A stretch of 63,836 nucleotides of DNA, counting the filler, from Dimorphilus gyrociliatus (Eukaryota > Animalia > Annelida), in NCBI GenBank assembly GCA_904063045.1. It is 4 parts of 4 records of this genome, joined end to end, with 100 filler letters (N's around TTAATTAATTAA, not from the genome) between each part and the next. Parts side by side here need not be neighbours in the genome. Positions count along the whole stretch, not along the records: positions 1 to 28,088 come from CAJFCJ010000095.1; 3 more parts are not named here. One strand, given 5' to 3'. Under the pieces are notes generated by a model. It was given only the letters and a program-made list of their open reading frames with translations, ran no database searches and was not told where the DNA came from. Below are positions 13,480 to 25,300 of the stretch, piece by piece (the first letter of the stretch is position 1; every line of letters begins with the position of its first letter). A program made the translations under genes and the position numbers.

Positions 13480-15160
13480 TTAATTTTGAGTAAAAATTCT
13501 ATTTTGAAGAAGTTTTCTAACAAAAGTTCCAAATCTTAAAATGTCATCTTTACAACTTAAATTTGTTGACAAGCTAAATTGTTCACAATGAATATAATAG
13601 GTATTCATATTTTAAATATTTGAAATCAAAGAAAATTAATAACATTTTGCTTTTATTTTGTCTGTTAATGATTTAACCATTGCCTCTGTTTTTTCTTTCT
13701 TTTTGATTAATTTGTTTTTCTTATAAATTAAAATTTGATGAAGACAAAAAAGGTATGGATTTAGTAATGAATTTATAGGAATAAGTGAAATTAGAAATAT
13801 AATATAAAGATCATTTTTCAAATCAATATTAATAAATTTTGATGTAATTGCTAAAGAATAAAATTTTTCAAATAAATTTAAATAAATGAATTCAAAGTAC
13901 AAACATAAAACTGAAATTGGAAACCAACATAAAATATTTGAAAATGTTAATACAAAGAAAGTCTTCGACAAAGTTTGTTTTTTTGATAAAGATGTTTTTG
14001 TAATTGTTAATGCAAGTTTTACATATAAGAGACATATTACAACACTTATGATGAAAAATAACATTCCATAAATAATAAAAGAAAGGATCCAACCTTCAGT
14101 TTCATCACTTCTAATTTGTATGTTAAAGCATATTGTTGACTTTGCGTAATATTTCTAAAAAATTGCATATTTAAAAGATAATTTTTTAAAATTTAAGTTT
14201 ACTGTATAGAAAACTATTGGGGCAAGTGACAGAAGACATGTAAAAATAGTAGTAAGTGAAATTATAACTCCACTATACTTTGCAGTAAATGGTGTTTTCA
14301 ATGGACTTTTTATTGCTTCGTATTGCTCAATTGCCAAAAACAAAATTGAAAATATTGATAGTAATAATGAAAAAGATAAAATTGTACCAAGAGCTGTACA
14401 ACCATGGCTATATCTCCATTTTTCCTCATTTTCTAAATAGCTTGTACCAGAAAAATGAAAATCTACAGCTGCAATTGATAAAATATACACTGCAGTTAAT
14501 AAATCACCACAAATTAAGCCTATTCTGAACAATTTAGATTTGATAGTTGTAAGAATAGCAATAATCAATGAAAGTAAATTTCCAATGACACCAACTATTC
14601 CAATTATCCAAAAAATTACTCTTAAAAACACAGATGGTATTATATTTTCACAAGTCAAAAAATTGGATGGTTTTGGTTGGCATTTTAAATATTTTCCATA
14701 TAATTTCCAAGCTAAACAACACATTTGAAACCTTTCACTTTCAATGAATTTTATATTCTTTGAATAAATTACAAAATATTTAACTGATTGTGTTGGGAAT
14801 ATTCCAAAAATTAAATGAAATTTTGTTAAAACACTTCTTTCTTTACTGAAAAAACAAGAAATATTTTTTCAATTTTTTTTCTATTTTACTAAAACATAAG
14901 ATTTTATTTTACAAGTTAAAATTATGATTTTCTTTTATCATCTTTCTTGTTTCACTAAAATCATCTTTTCTTATAAAATAGGCCTTTGCAAAATCTTTAT
15001 CATAACCATTCTTTTTGCAATAAATATATTTATAATTTTCGAAATATGACATAGAAATATCATCAAAATTAATTTGGAATTTTTCATTTTTATTTACAAT
15101 TCCAAAAACTGAAATTTTGACAGAAATTTTACTTTTTTTGAATATTACAAAATTCAATTT
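13480..15160 (-). pseudogene. GRL101-like receptor copy 2: intact 7TM, decayed LRR region, remnant kinase-like tail
   Basis: MCCLAW...TCENII hinge; TM1 IGIVGVIGN; GDLLTAVY; intron ~14155-14200; EGWILS; CWFPI; NSLLNPYLF. Upstream reading frames contain stops. Downstream piece SCKDDILRFGTFVRKLL at ~13485-13610. Outer limits approximate. Confidence 0.75.
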
Positions 15161-15597
15161 TTCTTCGATTTCATCTGATATTTTAATAATAGAGAGAAGA
15201 AGAAAATGAAATGAATATATTTCATTTTCTATACTAAGATTTGTGACTGTTTGTCAGTAATTTTAGCTGATAAAATCAGTCATTAACAAAAAATATTGAA
15301 TTTACAGAGAAAGTTTTAACAACACTGATGTAACAGTTTCATTTTACTTTTATAATGGAAGGCACTCATTAAGAAATTAATGTCTATTTCTTTTACCAGT
15401 TTTTGACCACACCATGAAAAATAATGGTGTTTTATAATAAATAAAATTGACATTGATACAAAAAGACATAAGTAGGGCTTTTAGAACAGGAAAAGGAGGA
15501 GTAAAATTGCTTTTGTTATTCAACTTCTGTTCAAACTCTACTGAGTAGAATCAATGGATTATTCAAAAAATCGCCTGTAAAGAAGAAAAATCCTCCC

Positions 15598-15688
15598 TCA
15601 ATTCTACATCTCTCTTCTAAGTGGCTTACTCCTAATTCGGTTCTATTTGGACGAGTACTTACTTACAACCTCACAGCAGGAGAGTACA
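15598..15688. repeat. ~90 bp conserved dispersed repeat, copy A
   Basis: TCAATTCTACATCTCTCTTCTAAGTGGCTTAC..CTA.TTCGGTTCTATTTGGACGAGTACTTAC.TACAA is near-identical to 20843-20931. Confidence 0.9.
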
Positions 15689-15836
15689 CAGACAATTTTC
15701 AAATATATATATATTTATATATATAGCATTTATAGCTTCAATAAAATTGCTTTCAAATTAGTGTTACATCCAGAGCCAAATCCACCTTTTTCATTTAAAT
15801 TTTCCTTTATATCCATTGTGAAAAAATATTGCTGTA

Positions 15837-16845
15837 CTAATTTCTAACTCTAGTAAAACTATAAAAAATATCTCCATTATCCTTAATAAAATCAACAGTT
15901 GCAGTGTACTTTGTAAGGGTAAAGCCAACAAAACCATTAAATTGACCATACATATTTGATTTAAGATTCCATTTCTTTAGTTCTTCAATGTGATCTTGTA
16001 CTTGATCATATGGGATTTGACTACCACCACCACTTCCTATATAATCAACAGGATCATTGGCTACACTACTAAGATGCTGTAACACATGATCATGACCAAA
16101 AATGTAGAAATCAGCATTATTATTAATCAGAATTGGTCTTAAATCATTAATTAATTCAATATTATTTCCATGAGTAGATGTTGAAAAAATTGGGTAATGA
16201 GTTGCCACAAATTTCCAATTGGCTTTGCTATTGAATAGAGTTTTGTCTAAAAATGTTAGCTGCTCCTTTTTATTTGAATTATTAAGCATCAGTTCTGTAT
16301 CAATGATAACGAATAATATTTGAAATGTTTTCAATTCTTTTGTAAAGGAGTAAAAGAAATTTGGAATTTTCCAAAGTGGTTCAAACTTAGAAAATTCAAT
16401 TTGGTTTTTTCCATTGTTTAGTTTGTGGTCATGGTTACCAAGTACAATTTGCCAGTCAACTCTTAAAGATGGATATGGATTAATGTACACCTGAAATTGA
16501 GTAGGCCAATATAGGGAGAAAAAGATAGAGAAAATAGGATGAGAATTCTGAGTCATTTATACACACCTCTCTCCACTTAGTATCATACTGCTTATCAGTA
16601 ACATTGAATGTTCCAACAGGATAAAAATTGTCTCCCAAAGTTAAAATAAAATTCAAATTATTCACATCATTTGCCCATCTAGCCATGCTATCCGCAACTC
16701 TCAATTGACCATTTACTGATCCATTCGCTTTGTCCATTCCCCAGTCACCTATAGCAATAAATGTCAGCTCATCTTCATTGCAGTGTAGAACTTGTACAGT
16801 AGACAGAATTTTAAGTAATAACATATAATTAAGAGTGAGAGTCAT
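15837..16845 (-). CDS. ACP5: Secreted purple/tartrate-resistant acid phosphatase (type 5-like), two exons (16845-16567, 16490-15837), ~310 aa
   Basis: All five PAP motif blocks in order: GDWG, GDNFY, GNHD, VATHYP, GHDH. Signal peptide present. A 76 bp phase-0 GT-AG intron joins the two listed ORFs in frame. Confidence 0.92.
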
Positions 16846-18049
16846 TTTTCGAAAGAAATTTTAATCCATAAGCAAAAACGGATTGCTCTTCAGAAAAAAC
16901 AACAATGACTGATAAGTTTCCAACTAATTCAGCTGTTACAGATTTGTAATTACTTCAATAATGTAGGCCTAGGAAGCGCTTTCTATTTGTGCTGCAAAAC
17001 ATATAAATTCTTTGAGTGTGTTTTCCTATTATAGAAAAGTTATTAAACAAAATCTGCCTCTATTTAGGAATAGAGCAAGAGTATCTTCTTTATGCCTATT
17101 TCATAAAGAAGAATAAATTGCTGAGTGGTAATTAAACTTGTTTAATATATGTAATTTTCACCATAAATGCAAAAAATTGATTACTAAGCAGTAATATATT
17201 TAAAAGCTTTTGTTTAACCATATTTATTGGAAAATATTGTCCAACTGCCAAATGTTTCCATCCACAGATTGCGCCAACTAATTGATTTAAGCTGAGAGTG
17301 AATGAATGTGTATAGTAAATTAAGTGAAAATAGAACAGATGGGATAAAATGACTGTAGGTAACAAGAAGGAATGTAATAATTAATAGCAATTTTTTTGAC
17401 CTACTTTAAGGCATTTATACCCAAGATATTGCGTACATACTTTTATTAAAATAAAAGGTCTATTTAACTAAAATGTAGAGCAAGAAATAAAAACTCTCAA
17501 ATAATATTTGTAACAACTAGTCTATCTAATAATTTATTAAAATTCAATTCTCTTTTTACAAATTTACTCCACACATAGAATATTTTAATTTGAACATTGA
17601 AGAACAAAGATATTTTAGACTGAGGGTATAAATATCAGAAGCGCTACGTAGATTAAATAATGGGAATAAAGCAATTTCATTTAGTTTTAATCAGCAATTT
17701 CTTTTTTAGTTTTATGAGATTTGCTTCTCTTTTCAGTTCTAAAATGGAATAGAATGCAGAGTGGGATTGAAGATTCTGATTCAGCCTATGATGTCAACCA
17801 TCATGGTCTTATAGCCCATCAGTGACATTAAATAATCCATTAAAATTTGGTTTGGTAAGATTAGAAAAAAAAATGTTCATGAGAACTAATAATAAGAAAA
17901 CATGATAGAATCTGTGATATGAAAGTAATTATTACCAAAGATAAAAACTGTAAACATGTGAGTTTATTGACTGTCAAAATATGTTTCTGGTCTAGATTAT
18001 TTCGTAATCTATTAAATAATTTTAACACAACTGTTATGACCTTGAAATT

Positions 18050-18380
18050 AAGATTTAAGGTCTCCCAGATCACAGCAAATGATCCTTTCTCTAAATTAAA
18101 GGTTAATTTTCTTCCTGACAACTTCCTGCAAATAGATATTTCATTAGAAAATCAAAGAATAATCATATTTGCTTCCAAGTAATAGTGTGATCTTTTTTTG
18201 TCCAAAAGCAAAGTTTGGTATTTGGATGGTACATTTGGGGTTGTCAAAGAACCATTGTTAAACTTTCTCCATCCATTCCATTTTAAGGAAAGATGAAGAA
18301 AGAAAGCAAAGATTCTTTTGACATTTATTTTCATGACATAAAAGAAGAAAAAAGCATATTGACAAGTATTAAGGGTAAGT
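18050..18380 (+). mobile_element. Mutator/MULE transposase remnant (pseudogene)
   Basis: NFLPDNFLQIDI...RIIIFAS then SKSKVWYLDGTFGVVKEP (W.xDGTF, first catalytic Asp motif of the MULE DDE domain) followed by frameshifted KQ...FIFM...Y..VL. Confidence 0.75.
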
Positions 18381-18945
18381 TAACAAATATTTCATCTAAC
18401 CTCCAACCATTTTTCTGAATAACCAAAGATATAATTATAATAAGATAATTTCCTATTTATTTATGCAGCTTAGCCACCTAGTTTTTGATTAAATAGATGA
18501 TGACTCATATTTAACCAATATCCCCCTTTATTACTAAAACGGAATTTTATAAAAGAACAATTTTTTGATAGTTTTACTTTAATGATATTAATTTCGACAT
18601 ATTCATTATTATTATTATCAATTCAAAGTAGTTATTCAGTATATTTTAATATCTAAACTGGCTGCTAAGTTACCAAACCAGCATCCAACAATGAGGAGTA
18701 GAAGGCTTGGTTCATTGTAGGTTGCTTCCAGGTGATCTTCCTCAATCATTAGATTGAGATACCACTCTTGGGGGAGAAGAGTGAGTGTTTAAATACTTTG
18801 AAGTTTGCTTCTTATATCTAATCATCACTTTACAATTGACACATTGTCTAATTTATATTTATATTTAGTAACAAGATGTTACAAGGTCCAACACTTAGGT
18901 GGACTTATTGAATTAAAACTGGTCCACGTTTTAAGGCTAATTGAA

Positions 18946-19152
18946 GGGGCCGACAGAAAACGTCCACAAATGAGAAATTTCAAGACAAAAATTTGGATTG
19001 AGAAATGGTTAGGCAGAAGAAAACAGCAACTGATCTGTACTTAGGAGGGTCTCCTTTAAGGGTTAGGGGTAATGGAAAAGGTTAGGTACAGCTAAGGGCT
19101 GGGTTAGGGTTAGGGTAAAAGCACCAATTTGTGGACGTTTTCTGTCGCATCC
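18946..19152. mobile_element. 207 bp Mutator-type MITE
   Basis: 26 bp imperfect TIRs (18946-18971 GGGGCCGACAGAAAACGTCCACAAAT and 19127-19152) flanked by a perfect 9 bp TSD CTAATTGAA (18937-18945 and 19153-19161). Confidence 0.92.
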
Positions 19153-19827
19153 CTAATTGAATTACAACACACCTTCTGCAGCTATTGAATTAAAGCTCGA
19201 CCACATCTTTAGAGTGCTAATTGAATCATAACTTGGCCAAGCCTTTTGCATAATAAAAGTTGATCCTGTATGGAAATTAACAACACAAGTTGTAGTTTAT
19301 GTGTCACACCAGGAAATGGCATGACTCAGTAGGTAATGATAAATTCTTGTTCCCATTACTATTCAAACATAATCCAGTGAAAATTGAACAGATATTTTAT
19401 CTTCTTATTTAGGGATGATTTATTTACACCAGTTTTGTTTTTCACTTATTATAAGCTATAAACACATTATAACCATACTATAACCTCTGTATGGTTATAT
19501 ATTCTGCTTTTATATTTTCAATTCTAAATTACTGTAGACAAGGTTTTAAAATTTCTGTCCTTGCTTTTCCTTTTTCCATCAACATGAGAAAAAAGATCAA
19601 TAGAAAAGGAGGTGTGAAGGATAAAAATTCTTAATAGTTGAATAGAAAATCGGTTAGTACAAATTAATCATTTTATTTTGAAACAGTCATTCCTCCCGGA
19701 TAGTTCCCCTTTTTTATAAATTTTCAACTATATAAGACTCCAAATTTATTATTCCTCTTTAAATGTCAATTAAGTAAGGTTTGCTTTGGTTTTTTTATTT
19801 TATACTTACCAGTTTTCTCTATTTCAG

Positions 19828-20020
19828 TGATAGCAATGATAATTTGGATAGTTCAGTTAGTGAAGAAAAAATTGTTTTTGAACAGTTGAAAACTAGTCTT
19901 CAGTGCAAGGTTTGTCTTGCTCGAATGGCAAACATTTTACTGTTAACGTGTGCTCATGTAATTATATGTAAACAGTGTGTTTTAAGTTTACAGAAACCAG
20001 AGTGCCCCTTATGTAGATAA
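19828..20020 (+). pseudogene. Orphan terminal exon encoding an IAP/MDM-type C3HC4 RING finger
   Basis: CKVC-x11-CAH-x3-CKQC-x8-CPLCR after a tttcag acceptor. A stop immediately after CR (R*II) looks premature. No upstream exons recognised. Confidence 0.7.
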
Positions 20021-20842
20021 ATAATTAGGGGTTGATATAAATAAAGATATGGATGATATAAATATGAATTTTGAATTGGATTAAACAGGAAAAAGTGTGA
20101 AATATTTAGTCACATGTATAAATAGTCATCTGAAACAGGGAGAACATTGCTATTGTTCAATTTTGGAGTTCTGAATGTGTATACAGAAGTAAAGATGAAA
20201 AATCGGTGAAAATAAATAATTGCTATGTTAGAACAATTTTTGACATTGAAGCAGTATTTGTATTCCTGCTAATTTTTAAAATTGTTATAAAAATTGCTCA
20301 ATTATTGTGTTATTGTGTTTTTTTTCTATCTCAAGTGGAATGAATAAATGACATGTGCAAATTATATTATCATTAATGTACACTTATAGAACCATAGTTA
20401 ATAGAGATTATATAAATAATACTTACTATATGATGGAAGTGTTGAAGTATATGTTGCCACTAGGGTGGATGGTACCCAACTTTATGGGCAAAGGATAAGG
20501 TGTTACACAACCAAACATGTTGACAACAACAGCAAGTGTTTATTCACATAAACATCATATAACAATTGACCCTTGGGGGTTACCTTCACAAAGCTGTTGT
20601 TGTTTACATTACTATGGCATAATATGATAACCCTTGACCAAGTTTGTTGTGAACAATCCTTATCTGGTGTTAGACCCTTGTTGTTGACATTTACGTCATA
20701 AACAACTGATAAGGAATTGTATAAAAAGCAGGGCGTAGGTAGTAACAGGCATTCAGTCCTGAATGAACTCTCTTAGGGAACAGGTCTAGTATTATTTTAA
20801 AATTCTATTATTCTTACGCTTTATTTCCATATCCATCTTCCG

Positions 20843-20931
20843 TCAATTCTACATCTCTCTTCTAAGTGGCTTACGCCTATTTCGGTTCTATTTGGACGAG
20901 TACTTACCTACAAACCCAGCAGGAAAGTACA
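20843..20931. repeat. ~90 bp conserved dispersed repeat, copy B
   Basis: Direct repeat of 15598-15688. Confidence 0.9.
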
Positions 20932-22329
20932 ATGGAATTTTCCTTTTTGGCTAATGTAAACTTATGAATGTGAAAAATGTTGACTTAACTCAATACTAAT
21001 ATACTTGAATGATTAACAATAATATTCATTTGCAGCATACAATTAGTATATTTACAGTTTAAATGCTAAAAGAAGAAAGGAATATTTATAACTGACAAAT
21101 ATAATTTTGATGATGATGTAAAACTGCAAAATTTCAATTTTTGACTTGTTAAATTACAATTAATATCAACTGAAGAGGTCAACTGTAGATTAAATGGTCT
21201 CGATTTGTTCAATTTGTTTTGAAATCCAAAATATTTACAAATTAGCTTTGAAATTAGAATGAAATATTTTATTTCAAAAATTTTTGGATATTTTGAATAT
21301 TTTATTGAACATTCAGTATAAACAACTGGAAGTGTTTGCTTTCCTTTAGTATTGGACTAATAACAATAAAGTTTTGTAGTTATAAATTGATTTTGATATA
21401 TGAAATACTTGTTATGTACTTAGAATTCATGTTATTTTTACATTACTGTCATATCAAATTTATCAGTATAACAATTAATGTTACATTAAATATTCAGGAA
21501 AGAACGAGTTTATTGTTGAGATTATTTATGGTAGATGTACACAATAGTTGTTTATGATGTAGATGCTTGCTACAAGGTCAAATACATGAAGAGTATCATA
21601 TCTTGTCTCTTGATCTCTTTCCCTGCCTGAAGAGAAGGAACGATTTTCCTTGAAAGAAAATTCAATAGTGTAATTTAAACAAGTAGACAAGTATAAGACA
21701 GATACCAGTCTAATTCAATCTGTGTTTTAGTTAGATATATAGGAGAACACGTCTCAACCCTAACCCAAGAAGATGAATTAGTTGAAGAACAATCTATTAT
21801 ATATATATTTTAAATACCCAAAGTGGAACATAGACATTTAGCACTATGAAAAGTGTTACAAAGTTAGTATATAGAGCAATAATTGCCTTCAAAGCAACAA
21901 TAATAGATGTTTTTATCCTTTTTTAACTGCCATTATACAATAAAAAAATTGTGAAAATAAAAACTGATAATATTTCAATTAATTCTTTTTTTCATAGAGA
22001 AATTTGATTTAATCTATTAAACCATGCTTTTCATATAACTATTCTATTCATCTCAGAGAATAGAACAATTTTTTCCCGCCCTTCTTCACAAAATTGAAAA
22101 GATGATGGAAGACAGAATGTTTTTACTAAAGGTATATCTGCTGGTTCATTTCCATAAACATAATCATGTTAAAACAACAAAGAAAAAACACCCTCCAACA
22201 GATATGGAAACTTTCTTTCCTCATTAATTTCTTCCAAATCCCTAATTTAGTATTCACTGAAAATAATCACAATGGTAAGTAACCAAATAAAACACAGCAG
22301 TAGAAAAATTAGTTTGTTAAATTAATTAC

Positions 22330-25300
22330 AATTTCACCTTTTGATCAGGAGAAGAAAGAATAAAATTTCAATTGGTTAACCACAGCCAAACTGAATCTCT
22401 AGTTGAAGGAGTCTTAACATTTAAACAATTTCATAAAAACAAACATTTCTTTCTTGAATATGAAGATACTTTTAACATTGACAAACTTAATCATATTTGT
22501 AAATTACTTGGTTACCACACCCTTCATTCAAAGCTATATCCATTAAAAATTACCAATGAAATGGCTGTTGTTGCTAAGCTAAGATATAAGGATTCCAGAT
22601 TTTGCTGCCTGTAAATTTAATATACATTTACAGTACTTTATCAATATTATTTTGAAGCTAAACTAAATCATTGTTTGCACTCTTTAAGGCAAATTTCCAA
22701 TAAATCTAATGCAGATGCAACACATTTACAGTGTCTTACAAATAGTTTGTCATCATTTTGATATTTAAATGTTTGTCATAAAGCTAAAAATAAAAAAACA
22801 AGTATTTTTGAATACTTCCAGAATTATTTAGCTATCAAATAGATGGATCAAATTATCAATTAATCTTTGTTCAAAATGCAACATACTACATGGTATTCTG
22901 CCAACCAAAGAATAGGAAGGACTTTTGTAGAAAAAGTGGTTATACTGTTCAAACGACATTTGCCTCAGATTTTGTTTTGAATGATCAAAAAATATACTTA
23001 AATTTGAATAAAAATAATAATATTTCAATATATTTCGATAATATTTCAAAGGATTTCAAAAGAGTTTACTGTTCATCAACTGAACTTGAAGGTTTGCAGT
23101 TATTTTATTGATCGAATATTTAAATTTAAAATTTTCAGATTTTGAAATTGTGGAATATCACAAAGGAAGAGAGATAGAAAAATATAGGATTTCTCTTGTT
23201 CAAGGACACGTTCCCTATTATATAAGATCCAAAACTTTTGGAGCAGTACTACCAATTTTCTCTGATTTTAACAACATTTCACCTATTTTATACTGTAAAG
23301 CAATTTGTGCTTCTGTATCTATGCTTCTAAGAGATTTAAAGTGTGGTATAAAGAGCTTAGTAGCAAAGGTAGGTGAAAAAATACAAAAAAATAATACCAA
23401 ATATATTTAATTGAAAAAGAGAGGAACACCTCTGATGCATAGTTGTGAATTTGATAGCAGGAATAGGCTCAGTGCATGCCAAATACAATATTCAAGTAGT
23501 ATGCATTTTTATAACATTTTGAAACCAGCTTGTGTAGAAACTGGAAATAAGGCTTGTAAGTAAAACTATGTTGTAACAAACTGATTATAAATTGTAAACA
23601 AGACAATCATCACTTAAGTATTCAGGTTATTTAATAGTCCAAATAGTATATTATATCTTGGCGAAAAACACACATATGGCACTTTTGCTGGAAAATTTCA
23701 AATTAAAGATAGTATTTGGAAAAATTTCAGACATTTATTTTATTTTGAAACTCAACTAATTTGCATATCCTTTGGTTTTAAATATGGAACACTTATTAGA
23801 GAAAATGAACGTTATTTTAGTAGAATAGAAGAAATGGGAAGGATGAATGATCATAAACTATTTTTCAAAACATTAGAATGTCCTCAGAATATAACTCATC
23901 TTTCAAATTGTAAAACAATTAAAGAGTAAATAGAAAAAAGAGAACTTTTATCCTATATAGAACCATAATAGAAGAAAATTTGCATATTTCAGAGACATCA
24001 AATATCAAGATAGCTATACAATGAAAGGTTTACTAAGCAATTTTTTCTATTTTATTAAATGTTCAAACATGTCTGTTAAAAGTAGGAAAGTTTTAAAAAT
24101 TAAAAAATATATAAAAGAAATAATGATATTTCCAGAATGTTTTGGTGAAAAAGTTGTAACTATTTATGATGTTTGTTATTATCCATATTTCACAGATCAT
24201 TCTCTCAATATAATTGAAAGAGTGTTATTTTGTAAAAGAAAAAATTTCACAATTGCAGATTATGGAATTTTTCAAAAAAATTTTATTCTAACTGCATTAG
24301 CATCATCAATAATACCAATAAAATTTCATTCTGATTTTGATTATTGGGATGAATACTTTGACAGCAAGACAGCAGTTGAGGATATTTCATTAATAGGCTT
24401 TTGTAAAAATTATTTTAAAGAGAAAAAAGTAATCGGTTGCATTATTTTCTTTTTTAATCAGTGTATATAGAACATAAATACTCCAAAGGAAAGATAATGT
24501 ATGAAACATCTAGTGGAATAACAATGGATTTGCCATTTTACATTCATTCAGATGTAAGGTAATACTGAGTAAACTCATTATTTCTATTTATTTACTCATT
24601 TAGCCTAACCATTTGTTTGAAAATATGAAAATGCAATTTGAGATTAAATATAAAGCTTCTGTTGGTATTTTTGAATCACAATGTTTTTCAATAAACTATC
24701 CTGTAATGTGTCTTCCTCTTTTTTTCAACATTAGTGTAACAAACAATTTAACACCTTTTTTCAGAGTGAAGTGGAAATGAGAGAATTAAAACACAGAATT
24801 AATGGCATACTAGACATTCAATCTACCATTTCGTAAGTATTTAGAATGAATCCTCGTCCTGTTGTTAAAATCAAAATAGATAATAATTTACTTGACATCT
24901 CTTATGCAGTAAAAATTTCTTTGATAATCTAATACTAAAATTGTTGAGTTGTAACAAAACACCTCAGTCTCCAGTTTTCTGCCAAGAAATACTCTGTATA
25001 ATAACACTTTCTAGTAAATTCTATTATATAATCTTAAAATGTTCCATTAAAGTTTTTAACAGACCAAAGGATTATGAGCTGATTAACAAGAAAGAATTCA
25101 ACAAACCATTCAATTCATTTTTTTGTCATATTAGCAAAATATATATAAATATACTATATATCTGTGATGGATTTAACGATTGTTTTACCAATGAAGATGA
25201 AGAGTATTGTCAATCATTTCATATTTTATATTTTTATTGTTTGACAGTTGATGAAAAAGTTAACTTTCTAAAAGTTTGCAATTATCTGAAAGATTGTTCA

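Noticed and set aside
20470-20715. Quasi-repetitive GTTGTTG/CAACAAC/ACCCTT stretch as a MITE or array
   Set aside because: No definable TIR, TSD or regular period.
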